Shown piece by piece: positions 1-11,530 of a DNA stretch of 64,000 nucleotides. The notes beneath the pieces were generated by a model, which had not been told where the DNA came from, made no database searches, and saw only the letters and a program-made list of their open reading frames with translations. The stretch covers positions 2,294,001-2,358,000 of the forward strand of contig NC_045730.1 in the NCBI RefSeq assembly GCF_009834535.1, in the 5' to 3' direction. This DNA is from Camelus ferus (lineage: Eukaryota). How positions within the stretch are numbered: the first letter of the stretch is position 1; each line of letters opens with the position of its first letter. Both the position numbers and the translations under genes were made by a program.

Positions 1-848
1 AAGGCATCTTAGCAAGGCAAGCCGGTAAAGAACAGAAATGGAGGCTGTCTGACTTCCACAGTGGCTGCAAACCAATTTAACTGGATTTTTTGGTTTTGTT
101 TCATCAGAGTTAGATCCACTTTGGAAACACCAGTTTCAACATCTTGTAGACTTTTTTTTTTAAAGACATGCTGTATTTGTTATTTAATTGAGTGGGTTGC
201 AAAGCAGTGTTTTAAAGTAGGATAGAGCAGAATGTACCAGATTAGAATACAATGTAACCGAATAGAGTGGAATAAAATAGAAATTAGAGGGAATATGGCT
301 TCCAATAAGAGTAAGAAAATTTTTATGAAAATCTGTGGGCAGTCAGTGTTCTAAGCAGTTGAGGACCAGGATGTGGCTGGAGGGAGCAATTATCCGTCAT
401 CTTCGATTTCCTGTTACAGATGTTAACTTGAAGATTTCTCTTCCTTTCTTCCTTTCTTTTTTTTTTTTTTTTGCCGTCATTCTTTTTTTAATACTTTTTT
501 TCCCTCTACTTTTACTGTACATCTCGGTACATCAAAAAAAGATGAAAACATTCCAGCGTACACCAAACTTCATATGTTAGTTACAGACAGAGTAGGAAAA
601 TATTTCTCACACTTAGAATTTTATCTTCCAATTCTGAAGTTGTGTAAGTGCTATTGTTATGATGGGAGGTATCTGCCTGAGACATCGTCCACGTGGAGTG
701 TCCACTCTGCAGGCACACGGAATGCCATTCATTCCACACTCTCCTAAAAGAGGAACGCAGCTCAGGGAATGAGCTTGCGGGGAATTTTGCCATAAAGATT
801 TCATGAACATGTACTCTGAGTAAGAAAGACCCATTAGAAAAACATCTT

Positions 849-1300
849 TTTTTAAAAACATTTTTTATTGATTTATAATCATTTAATAATGTTGTGTCAA
901 ATTCCAGTGTAGGGCACAATTTTTCAGTTATAGATGAAGATACATATATTCATTGTCACTTTTTTTTGTCTGTGAGCTACCATAAGATCTTGTATATATT
1001 TCCCTGTGCTGTACAGTATAGTTTTGTTTATCTGTTCTACAATTTTGAAATCCCAGTCTATCTCTTCCCACCCTCCACCCCCTTGGCAACCACAAGTTTG
1101 TATTCTATGTCTGTGAGTCCATTTCTGTTTTGTATTTTGCTTTGTTTTTTTTTTTTTTTCAGATTCCACATATGAGCGATCTCATGTGGTATTTTTCTTT
1201 CTCTTTCTGGCTTACTTCACTTAGAATGACATTCTCCAGGAGCAAGCAGGTTGCTGCAAATGGCGTTATGTTGTCGGTTTTTATGGCTGAGTAGTATTCC
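849..1300 (-). mobile_element. 5'-truncated camelid-type L1 (LINE-1) 3' end with 14-bp TSD
   Basis: Antisense L1 3'UTR text (ttttttattgatttataatc...agattccacatatgagcgatctcatgtggtatttttc...ttgctgcaaatggc). Perfect TSD tagaaaaacatctt at 835-848 and 1301-1314. Target reads TT/AAGA on the minus strand, like the L1 endonuclease consensus. Confidence 0.93.
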
Positions 1301-1339
1301 TAGAAAAACATCTTAAATGTTCAAAGACCCTCTGGCGGC

Positions 1340-1790
1340 TGTTAGAGTCCAGACTCGCTCTGCTCACCACACGGCAGGCTAGTATGTCGGGAGACGAGGT
1401 GTCGGGGCAGGAAAGCCCACAGACCAAGAAGACACGCGACTAACGTCCTAGAGAACATCCTCTCCAAGTTTGAGCTCAGGCTTCTTTGACACTAAGTGGG
1501 GAAGGGGTGAAGCCCTGGCTCCAGCCAGGTGGTGGAAGGGACGTGCTGGTTTCTTCCTTCCTGCAGGCTTTCTCAGGCAGGCTGGTCAGGGTGTTCTCTG
1601 GGAGCCAAACGAAGGGGTTCCAGCCTAACGTCCATCACCTGGGAAGCAGCGTTCCCCGAGATGGGCCAGCATGTATGTTTTAAGCTTACAGGCAACATCC
1701 CTTTAGTGATGAACAAGCAACAGGAGACAAGGATTAAAACAAAAGAATCAGATCCAGTGCAGAGTCAGATGTGTCCTTCCCCACGACGCA
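1340..1790 (-). mobile_element. ERV1-type solo LTR (artiodactyl family, diverged); ends approximate
   Basis: Starts tgttag...ctcgctctgctcaccacacggcaggctagtatgtcgggagacgaggtgtcggggcag and ends ...gagtcagatgtgtccttccccacgac, resembling reverse-oriented artiodactyl LTR consensus. No TSD found. Confidence 0.6.
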
Positions 1791-2279
1791 GTTAAGGAGC
1801 CATCCCACCACGTGAACCTGCGTCTGGACTCTCCGTGAAACAGACTGTTTTATAAGTTTTTCTCTAGTGCTGGCTACTTTGGTCATTGCTGGTGCTGCTG
1901 CCCGGAGTATAAAATTAAACACCTTTTTTTTTTTTTGCAGAAAAAGCCTCCAGCTGCTTTTTCTCTCAAATAATACAGGGTGATTTTTAAAAGGCCTCAG
2001 ACACACAAAGCGCTATCTCTTTTTAAGGCTTCAGGAGAGGGGTCTTCTGAACAAATGAACTGAACACAAAATAAAAGAACTTTCTCTTTTTCCTTTTTTT
2101 TTTTTTAAAAACACTGTAAGCATTCCGCACATACATGAACCCCACCAGGCTGGGGAGGGGGGCACAGCTTTCTGATGAGATTGACCGATTCCTATTTTTG
2201 GATTCCCCCTTTCGCTGTATCCATTTGTGTTTCTTAGAAAAGAAAAAGTGCTCGCTGCCTGCCAGGCCCTCGCTCTCTG

Positions 2280-3130
2280 GTCTGAGCGGAGACATCTGAA
2301 ATCTAGGCCAGGCAGGAAGGGCTGCTTTCATCCCTCCAGCTGCTCACCGCGGGAAGCCCTGGCGTCCCCTGCACGGCTGCCCCCGGAGGCCGGCTCTTCA
2401 GCGTGCGGCCCTGCCCTTGGCCCCGGCGGAGCTGCGCGAGCTCGTTAGCCCTGCTGGCTGCTTTCTCATTTCTCAGCCGCCCCGAGTGTGGTCCTGGAGG
2501 AGCCTTTCTGCCCTTGCTTTTGAGCTCTTACAGGAAGCTAGAGGCGAGGCTTTCGCAAACCCTGGAGGGGCCGGGGACGGAGTCTGGAGCAAGATCAGGA
2601 AATCCAGGCGCAGGAGAGGACAAGCAAGGCAGACATGGGCAGAGCAGCCCCTGATGGCAGCTCTGGGCCCTTGTGTTTGGGGAACGGAGCAGAAGGGAAG
2701 TGACAAACTTTTACAAAGGGAAGGAGAAGGCAGCCGTACCCTGAAACGCAGACGGCAAGCCCCCATCGCCTGAGTGAGGGCAGCGTGGCCCTTGCCGGGC
2801 AGGGCGCGGTGTTATTTACTAGGAACTCCTAGCAGAGCGCCCGGGAGGGAGGCTGCTACTCTGGGCAGCCGACCGCATCTGCTGGTCCAGGCCGCACCCT
2901 CGGGGGGGTGGGCCGAGGGGCCCCCTTCGCACCGTTGCCCCTGCAGCTGCCTAGGTCCCCGCAGACCCCAGCCTCCTCGCCATCAGCTCTTCTTTCCTCC
3001 GACCTCCTGGAATCCGTTCACCCAGCGGTCTCACCTCTCCTTCCCCACCCGTCGTGGCTGGGTTTACCGGTGCCGTTTTGGACGGGTCTTGGCTGGGGGA
3101 CTGGGAGCTGGAGGAGGGGCGGCAACGCCT
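2280..3130. promoter_or_regulatory. GC-rich, CpG-enriched segment (weak CpG island)
   Basis: Locally high GC with many CG dinucleotides (e.g. gcgtgcggccctgcccttggccccggcggagctgcgcgagctcg), no recognisable repeat; a minus-strand donor GAG|GTGAGA lies at about 3033. Confidence 0.4.
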
Positions 3131-3739
3131 TACAGGGCGGCCACTGGTACCCTTGCTCCTTTTTTTGCTGAAAAAGCACGTTCTTTTCTTTATCAGTCTT
3201 GAGTTTTACTGCAAATGAGCCCCTAAGAGAAACCCTTTGAGAAGAGTTATCCTGGCTTCGGTGTGTGCCAAGCCCCAAGAAGGTTTGTGGTGCCCTCAGG
3301 CCCCCGGACAGGGGGCCAGATGCTGGTGGAGGGGGTGAGGAGACAGCACCCCTTCACCACCATCAAAAGCTCAAAGATTTACTTCCAGGGGTACTGCCCT
3401 GATGTTACTATCCTGACTCATTTATTTTTCACTTTGAATTGGCTAAAACAGCACAGGTACCACCGTCACTGTCTTACAGGCTCCTGGGAGTCCAGTGACT
3501 CAGTCCTGACGGAGCTGACGGTTCAAAGAAACAGAATCGCATTTGCACAAGAGTTTACAAGGAAACGTGGAGGACGCTGAAATGATACGGCTGCAAAACA
3601 GGCTGTTGTTCATGTAATAAGCACTGAGACTGAGTTTATCATCAGCTTAAGCTAATAACACCAGGTGGGATTGACTCTCTGCTTCCCCGAGGATTCTATT
3701 CTCAAACTGAATACCCTGAGCCTGGAGGGTGTTTGGTTG

Positions 3740-3890
3740 GCAGTCCTGGCTGCCCGGCTCCCGGCTCCGTAAACTTTGTCAAGTTATACACCCCGTGCCT
3801 CAGTTTACTTTTCTGCCACATGTGGGTGATGAAATGTTCTCGGCTCCGAGGCTGTTCTGAGGATGGAATCAGCTACGTGCTAGGTTAGTG
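3740..3890 (+). mobile_element. MIR SINE fragment
   Basis: Core-like text ...tttgtcaagttatacaccccgtgcctcagtttacttttctg...gctgttctgaggatggaat. Confidence 0.6.
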
Positions 3891-4419
3891 TCCGCTCCAC
3901 AACGAGAACCCGGTGAACTCTGGCTCTGCTGCCGTGTCCGCTGGTGCTCACTCCAGCCATTACTGGGACCACCCCGTCACCGCTTCTCCTAGGGTGAAAA
4001 TAATGCCTGAGTTGAGCTGCACATACACAAGGCTCTGAACCTGGCTGGGATCGAAGGATTGTGCATCATTCACGTGGGGAAGGCTGACACGTCGGCATCC
4101 TGCTGGCCGTGCCGTGGGGGCCAAATTAGCCATAAAACTCCCAGCAGGGGAATTTGAGAACCATTCTTGTAATAGATACTAAAATACTGAGGGAGAAAAG
4201 CATTACTATTTCATTTAGTAATGAAGAAAGCAAACTTCTCAGGAGGTAAACGCAACATGCACTTCGCTCCCTGGGTTGTGCTGAGGTTTTTCAGGGTATT
4301 CAGGCCTCTTCTCAAGGCCCCCAGGGCGTCCACCTGCCACCGTCCCAAAGCCAAGGCCTGTTTTTGGGAACGTGTCATGGCAGCACCCTGCCTCCGGGCA
4401 CCCACGTCTGTTCTGGTTA

Positions 4420-4800
4420 TCCGTGACTGCAGAACACGTCACCCCAAACTTAGTGGCTTAAAACAGGACGGATCATTCATTTTGGGAGGTGACCCGCGAG
4501 GACCCACTTGTAAGCAGGCGCCCCGACGTGGCGGCAGGCTGGTGTGGTGTTGGCTGGGGGCTTGCTGGGGCTCCGGGCTGTGGTCACTTCCCTGTGGGTC
4601 TCTCCGGGGGTTTCTTGGACCCTCTCCTCAAGGGACAGAAGAGGACCGTTTCTCAGGGTCTGGCCCTAGAACCTGGCAGCGTCCCTTCCACCACATCTGA
4701 CTGGCCAGGGAGGTGCACAGCCCGAATTCAGGGCTGCAGACACGGCCCTGAGTCCTGATGGGAGTGGGGTTAGGGATTGAGGGGTCTGTTGAAAAGCACC
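4420..4800 (-). mobile_element. MLT1 (ERVL-MaLR) LTR, J/K/L-like
   Basis: ccccaaacttagtggcttaaaacag...tggccctagaacctggcagcgtcccttccaccacatctgactggcc...ttgaaaagcacca matches reverse MLT1 landmarks. Confidence 0.65.
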
Positions 4801-4912
4801 ATCATCTTTAAAAAAGTGCAAAAATTTTAGAAAGTCATATTTATTAAATTTAAGAAACTGGTAGGCACAAGAATAGGAGAATTGTTAAATATTTTAACAT
4901 AAAAGTCACTTT

Positions 4913-5114
4913 ATTTTTATTTTTTTAAATTGAAATATATTTGATATACAGTGTTGTATTAGTTTCTGGTGTACAGCACAGTGACTCAGTTATACATATA
5001 TATTCTTTTTCATATTCATTTTCATTCTAAGTTATTACGAGATATTAATATAGTCCCCCGTGCTGTACAGTAGGACCTGGTTGTTTGTCTATTTTACGTG
5101 TAGTACTGAGTGTC
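4913..5114 (-). mobile_element. short L1 3' end with 13-bp TSD
   Basis: Antisense L1 tail (ttttttaaattgaaatatatttgatatacagtgttgtattagtttctggtgtacagc...); TSD taaaagtcacttt at 4900-4912 and 5115-5127. Confidence 0.9.
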
Positions 5115-6174
5115 TAAAAGTCACTTTGTATCATCATATATTCCTTTCAAAGTGAAAAGTATATCAGAAACTTGAAAATTAAATAACCCAACCCATATAT
5201 TAATCCCCGTATTTCTGATTCTGAGACAGTGGCCCCCTTCGTGGATATGTAAATATCAAAGATTTCACGCCAGTTGGGGGTCAACGCCATGACCCTGTTT
5301 CCTCATCTTTAAAGTGGAAACGGAGTAGATCCTCCCACATGACCGTGTGACACCTTGACAGTAAGTAACCCGTGTTCTTCCCAAGCTTCACGTGCCATCA
5401 TGTAACCCACTGAGCTCAAGCTGCAACATTTTAAAGTGTATCACCGATACTTGATAAATAACAGTAGCTTTTACAAAAATTTATATACTTTCAAAATGAA
5501 TGTGTCTTCCAGGTACAAATACCCAAGGAAATGACCTGCCAGAGGGTCTGACAGAAGGACGCTACGTTTAATTTTAAATTTGCACTTAATCTGCTGTCGC
5601 GTTGGAAACCGTTTGCTCCCCGTGGTGCCCTTCCTCTCCGCGGGCTTTCCTGCCGCGACATACTGCCCCATAAAGATGCCAGTGGGGTTCTTCACCTTTC
5701 TGTCAGGGATCTTTCAGCAATTTTAGAAGAGTGTTTTATTTCTGACTTTAGGAAAGTAGAAACGGAGACAAATGTGCCTCAGTCAACTGCTCAAGGACAC
5801 GTGGGGAAGAGCCCCTCCCCGCGTGAGTGCCCTCGTCCTGCTAGAATTATGGTCTGATTTACGCTTTGCCTTTAGGAAGCAGTAGCTATCGGTCCCTGAA
5901 TTGGCACAGGCTGAACAATAACCCCGCAATGTGCGACGTGTATTTTCTTAGAGATACAGTGTCAAAGTTAAGGGTATTCCAGACGGTTAATGCTGATTTC
6001 TTCACTTCTGATGTCCAAGCCAGGTAGCTTCGTCTTACCTAGAAATTATTAGCAGGTCCGCAGCACAGGTCTAACGAACTCCCCTTCACGAAGTGCATTC
6101 TGCAGCATTACCTGTTCTCGGGAGCTCAGTATGATTTCTACATTGACATTTATTAATTTCTTTTCCCCATGCTT

Positions 6175-6850
6175 TTATTTTTATTTTTAAAGACGATTTT
6201 TCTGGAACAGTTTTAGGTTCGCAATAAAACCGAGAGGCAAGTATGGAGATTTCCCCCGTCCCCTCCCCCACCCGCATGCACAGTCTCTGCCATTGTCAAC
6301 ATCACCCCCCAGCTCCGATGCTACATGTTTTACCAAGGATGAGCCTACACGGATACGTCCCCATCACCCAAAGTCCACAGCTGACATTAGGGTTCACTCC
6401 TGGCGCTGTACATTCTGTGCGTTTGTCACATGCATCCCCCAGCTCAGTGACGCACAGAGTGGCTCCCCTGCCCCGAGAATCCTCTCTGCCCCGCCTACTC
6501 ACCTGTCCCCTCCTGCACCCCTGGCAACCACTGGTTTTTCAGTTGTCTCCGCAGTTTCGCCTTTCCCAGACGGCCCCAGGGTCCGAATCGTTCGCTATGT
6601 AGTGTTTTCAGACTGGCTTCTTTCACTTGGTCATATGCCTTTAAATTTCTTCTAAGTCTTTTCTTGGCTCCGTAGCTCACTTCCTTTTAATGCTGAATAA
6701 TATTCCACTATCTGATGCACCACAGTTTGTTTATCCATCCACTGACCAAAGGACATCTCGGGTGCTTCCAGGCTTTGGCAGTCATGACTAAAGCTGCTGC
6801 TGTAAACATCCGTGTGCAAGCTTCAGCGCGGACGTGCATTTTCAACTCTT
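6175..6850 (-). mobile_element. old L1M (L1MC-like) 3' region
   Basis: cagttttaggttcgcaataaaaccgagaggcaagtatggagatttccc...catcacccaaagtccacagctgacattagggttcactcctggcgctgtacattctg...gctgctgtaaacatccgtgtgcaag. Confidence 0.85.
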
Positions 6851-7524
6851 GGTACCTACCAAGGGGGAGTGTAATTTACTTTCATCATCAGAAAACATCT
6901 AGTTTTCCATGATAGACTTTAACCCAGATGACCCAGTTTTAGATGATTAAAAGTTGGGTGCATACTAGTTTGTGTCTGTGTGTCCTGTGTGAGCAGTTGA
7001 AATGACAAACACACATATGCGTCTTCACGTGCATGTGTGTAGTTTTCACCCCGACAAAGCAGTGGCCAGCGCTCGGCTGGTGCCGGCTCTGCAGTGAGCC
7101 ATCTCTCCACCGTAGATTCAGAGACACACAGAGATGGCAAGTTAGTGTTTAGGGAATTCAGCTGCACGATGGGGTCCGTCACAGAAACAAAGAGCAAATT
7201 GCTCAAATAAACGTCACTCTGATATTACAGTTGCATTTACGCTCTTTCTGTACCTATTTGCTTTTTAACTGAATCTTTATGAGTTTTTCCTCAGAAATCC
7301 ACTTTAATTCAGGTGCCATTTTCTTTTACAAATTTCTCTTTTCTCCATCTCCTTGTCCTAAAGTGGTCGCTAATATTTTTCCTTAGACCCGCCTTTTTAC
7401 AACGCGATGGCACTGTCTTTCCTTTAACATCCCCGACATAAGGATATTTAATAATACACACTTTTCATGACATATTCTTTAAAAGAATACTCATGTACTC
7501 CACCAGTTTACAATTACAAAAAAG

Positions 7525-7930
7525 CCAATATCATATTGAGTGAAGTAAGTCAGGCAGAGAAAGACAAATATTATATGATATCACTTATATATGTGGAATC
7601 TAAAAAAAAATGATACAAATTCTATTTACAAGCCAAAAACAGACTCATGGACATAATTACAAAATTGTAGTTACCAAAGGGGAGAGGGTGGAGAGGGATA
7701 AACTCGGGGCTGGGGAATAACAGACACACTTCACTGTATATAAAATAGACAAACAACAAGGACATACTGAACAGCACAGGGAACTGTATTCAATTTCTTG
7801 TAACAATGTATAATGGAAAAGGAAAAAACTTGTGCGTATGTATCTGTGTAACCGAATCATTTTGCTGTACACCTGAAACTAACATTGTAAATCAACTACA
7901 CTTCAATTAAATAATAATACTAAAAAAGAA
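7525..7930 (+). mobile_element. L1 3' end (artiodactyl type)
   Basis: agtgaagtaagtcaggcagagaaagacaaatattatatgatatcactt...gctgtacacctgaaactaacattgtaaatcaactacacttcaattaaa plus an A-rich tail. Confidence 0.9.
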
Positions 7931-7970
7931 TCCAATGCTTCTGTTCCTAACTGCCATTTAAATAAAAGAA

Positions 7971-7991
7971 TGTGTGTGTGTGTGTGTGTGT
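7971..7991. repeat. (TG)n microsatellite
   Basis: Perfect TG run. Confidence 0.95.
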
Positions 7992-9304
7992 TTAAGCCCT
8001 AGGAATACAAACATTTGGCTTGCAGAAGGCAAGTGTTGTTACGGAATTTTAGTTGCTTATTGAATATACTTACTATGAAAAGCGTGAGGAAGATTGCAAG
8101 GAGCCTTAACATAGGGGGTTCACGAGCGCATCCGTGATGCCCCCTCAGATCACAAGGAACAACACTGCGCATCTCACCCCACTGCCGCGCAGCAGCCCCG
8201 GCTCTGGTCTGCATTTCAGGAGTTGGACAGAGGTCCCTGGCGGGGAGAGACAGCCAGCCAGTCACCTGGAGCTCATCTTCCTTTCAGGTTCCTGCGAGTG
8301 GCGGGGACCGCAGACTCCCCCGACAGAAGCGATCCGCTGCGCGGCCGAGTGCTCAGCACGTCAAAGCCCACCTCGGGATGAACCAGCTCTTGTCACATTT
8401 CACAAAATGCGGGCATGAGAAGGGTCCGGCGTGTTCCCGGACTCGGGAGTTCTGAGTCAGTGGTGGCAGAGGGCCCCCCTTCTCACAGCGGGGTGGTCAG
8501 TGGCCCTGGTGACAGGGTCCTCTGAAACCACCCTCCGCGTCCAGAGGCTCTTCGTCAGGGGATTAGTTCTGTCCCACTCAGTGGAATCTGGTGTCTCACG
8601 CTGCTGCCTGGAGGGGGTGAGTCGAGTGCGCTGTGCTCTCTGTGCCCGGGGGCCAGGCGTTGGTCAGGGGCTGCAGGTGGGGTCTCTGTGGGCCTGCCGC
8701 CTTTGGGGAGTTTTCAGGGAGGAGAGGTGGGGCGATGGGCTGGGGTGAGCAGAGAGGGGCCCCCCGCACCTGACGCTGGGCAGCGGGGACGGGGGCCCAG
8801 AGGAGCTGCCTTCTCTGAGAGCCTGCCCGGCCGGGGCTTGAGCCCACCCTCCTGGGGGCGGGGGGCCTGGCAGGCAGCCGCCTGAGCCGTCAGGACATTC
8901 ACGGGTTACTTTTATTTCCGCCTCACTCGGCACTTCTCTGCTCGAGTACCTCACAAGTTGTGCCGACGTACTTTCCAGCCACACAAAAAAATGTCACCCG
9001 AGTGTGTGGCGAAGTGTCTGCTGGGACATGGATAAGCTTTAAGTGTGCCCCTCTGTTCTGCTTAAATTTTTACCGAGAGCCACTCAGCATTTCCACTGAA
9101 ATTCAAGGAACGTCTCAACATAGCGACCTCTCGAGAGGTTTCTGAAGCTTCTCTGGGAAAGTAAGTGTTTCACTGCAACCTTGGTCTGCGCCGAAAAGTT
9201 GGAAGCCAAATGAATACTGCTTCCTTGTCCTCTGAAGGGGTGGGGGCTGCCACCAGGGCACCGTGGGGCCGCTGGCTCTGCAGCTCAGTCTTCATCTTGA
9301 TTCC

Positions 9305-10026
9305 TCGCTTTATCGAGGTGTAACTGACAAATAGAAGTTGTCGCTAATGGAAGTGTACAACGTGATGCTTTGCTACGCAGCTACATTATATACTATTGGA
9401 TATTATTGAGCCTTAAAAACTCTTGCCATTTGTGACAATCTGGATGGACCAGAGGGCGTTAAGCTAAGTCACACTTGCGGGGCACTGAGGGACAAACACA
9501 GATGACCTTGACCTGAGGGATGTAACTGGCCTCGGTTCAGATGTTTCCCCAGCTCACTCTGCAATCTGCTTGAGATGGGATGGGACCGGAAGGTTTTAAC
9601 CTTAAATTATTTGGAAGAGGTGGCTTTATTCAAAGCTTACAAAGTATGGATAATGCTGCAGTGGATGTGAGAGTGCAGGGGTCTCTGTGGGACCCTGATA
9701 TCATTTCCCTTGGGTGCATACCCAGCAGTGGGCTTGCTGACTCATGTGGGGGCAGGGAGGTGGGGAGACGGGGAGGTGTTGCTCACAGGGCACAGAATTT
9801 CCAGTTACGTAGGATGAATAGGTCTTGAGATCTGATACACGGCATGATGATAACAATTAATACTGAATATGGCAAATTTGCTGAGACCAGATTTCAGGTG
9901 TGCTCGTTACACAATGGCAAACACGAGAGGAGATAAGACGTTAATCAGCTTGACTGTGGTAATCATCTACGAACGTGTCCGTGTATCAGGTCACGCCGTC
10001 CACTTTAAATGCATCCAGTTTTTATT
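9305..10026. mobile_element. L1M (MA/MB-like) 3' region in alternating orientations
   Basis: Antisense 3' terminus at about 9305-9380, sense piece 9381-9540 (gccatttgtgacaatctggatggacc), antisense ORF2 end about 9640-9745 (ggataatgctgcagtggatgtgagagtgcag), sense 3'UTR 9746-10026. Confidence 0.75.
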
Positions 10027-10783
10027 AAAAGTTTCTCCCTGACACAATTTAAGCCTGGTAGGCGGTGGCTGTCCCTTCGGGAATTGAACTCGCAGCTCAG
10101 AACGCACTAGATTTACCCCGCAGCAAAGCCTCTGGAAATGCAAATATCCACCTTCTCCACAGATGTCACAGGATGAAGGACGTGCCACTCGAACGGTAAA
10201 CACTATCCTGGCCCAGTTTTCAGAAACCAATTCTGTATCTTCAGAACCTGGAGGAAAATGCAGGGTAGACACAGGGGGCGGGTGTACAGTCTCCTGGAGA
10301 ACTGAACGTTGGGGGCAGAAATCTCACCCTGGCTACGTCTGGGGGAAGGCAGACCCTCCTGAAGGAAACGTACGTTCATCTTTCTAAAAAGTCAACATAC
10401 TGCTTTGTTGACACGAGGCTGTTCTGGTCAAATTCAAGGGCCATATTTTATTACAACATGCACCCTCTGGTGAGACAGATTAAGGAAACACACACTGATG
10501 CGTATTTTCATGTGGGGTTGGTCTCTACGTATTTACTTAATAGGCTGTTTGTGCAAAAGATTTGTGGTGTATAATTAAGCTACAGGGAAGAGACCGAAAC
10601 AGCAAGATAATGGTTTTTTATTTCTTAAATAGAGTCTAATTGTGTGTAAAATTTATCACACTCCTTTTAAACTTTCTGGACTATTTTAGGAAGTTGTTGA
10701 TGTTTTACCCGTAAGAAAAAAGCACAGAAAATGAAGAATAAAACATCAATGAACTGAGAACAGAGAGTTTGTCTGTGACATCC

Positions 10784-10877
10784 TTTTTTATTTTTATTTT
10801 TTAAATCAAAAGCAAGTTTATTTAAAGAGATACACATTCCATAGACAGAATGTGGTCTGTCTCAAGAAGGGAGAGAG
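10784..10877 (-). mobile_element. poly(A)-tailed ERV/LTR R-region-like fragment
   Basis: Minus strand reads ...cattctgtctatggaatgtgtatctctttaAATAAActtgcttttgattt followed by an A-rich tail; aataaacttgcttt is typical of ERV1 LTR R regions. Confidence 0.55.
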
Positions 10878-10894
10878 ACATAATTTCTATGTAA

Positions 10895-10975
10895 TTTTTT
10901 AAAATGGAGGGACTGGGGACAGAACCCAGGGCCTCATGTGTGCTAAGCATGCACTCTACCATGGAGCTCTACCCC
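10895..10975 (-). mobile_element. camelid tRNA-derived SINE (Vic-1 type)
   Basis: Minus strand: ggggtagagctccatggtagagtgcatgcttagcacacatgaggccctgggttctgtccccagtccctccatttt plus A tail; degenerate A and B boxes. Confidence 0.85.
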
Positions 10976-11354
10976 ATGCTCCTGTGATAGTCTTTCTTAA
11001 TCCAGTGAGGCCAGAACTAAATTTTACCGCCATCTAAATCTGATGAGTGATGTTACTGACCTTTGTCTTGGTTTTAAAAAAAATCACAAATAATAATTGC
11101 AGTGCAAATTTACGAACTTAAAAGAAACCCAGCAGGTGCTTTGTTATTATTGGCAGCACTAACTTTTTTAAGCAAAGACATTAGATAGTTACATGCTGAG
11201 GGGCATAGAAAAAGGGGTGTTTTGGGAACGTGTAGTTAGGGATATTGGGTCATAAGGAAACTCGAGAGTTGAGACATTTTCATTTTCTTAGCATCTCTGT
11301 TTTTACATATGTTTCACCTGTGGCCTATCATGGCCAGAAGTGTTTACAGCTCTG

Positions 11355-11530
11355 AATTTATACATGTGTATATATATTAAATGCCGACTGTATACACATA
11401 TATTAAGCACCAACTGTATACACCTACATATCTCTAGCACTGAAAATATACACACATATATATAACACCAACTGTATACATGCACATATATTAGGCACCT
11501 AGTGTGTGTGTACATGTATGTATGTGTGTA
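11355..11530. repeat. degenerate minisatellite, unit about 26-30 bp
   Basis: Recurring tatacacatatattaagcaccaactg-like units (e.g. ctgtatacacatatattaagcaccaactgtatacacctacata). Confidence 0.65.

Noticed and set aside
894-1175. Similar peptides in ORFs 894..1175, 28304..28492 and 40673..40864 (..SVSYHKILYIFPCAVQY..) looking like a gene family
   Set aside because: All are the antisense frame of the same L1 3'UTR; the 894 ORF starts at GTG, not ATG. Similarity reflects repeat copies.
7116-7210. EF-hand/S100-like peptide SETHRDGKLVFREFSCTMGSVT after an AG
   Set aside because: Lacks the first Asp ligand and no partner exon was found; a short resemblance is expected by chance.
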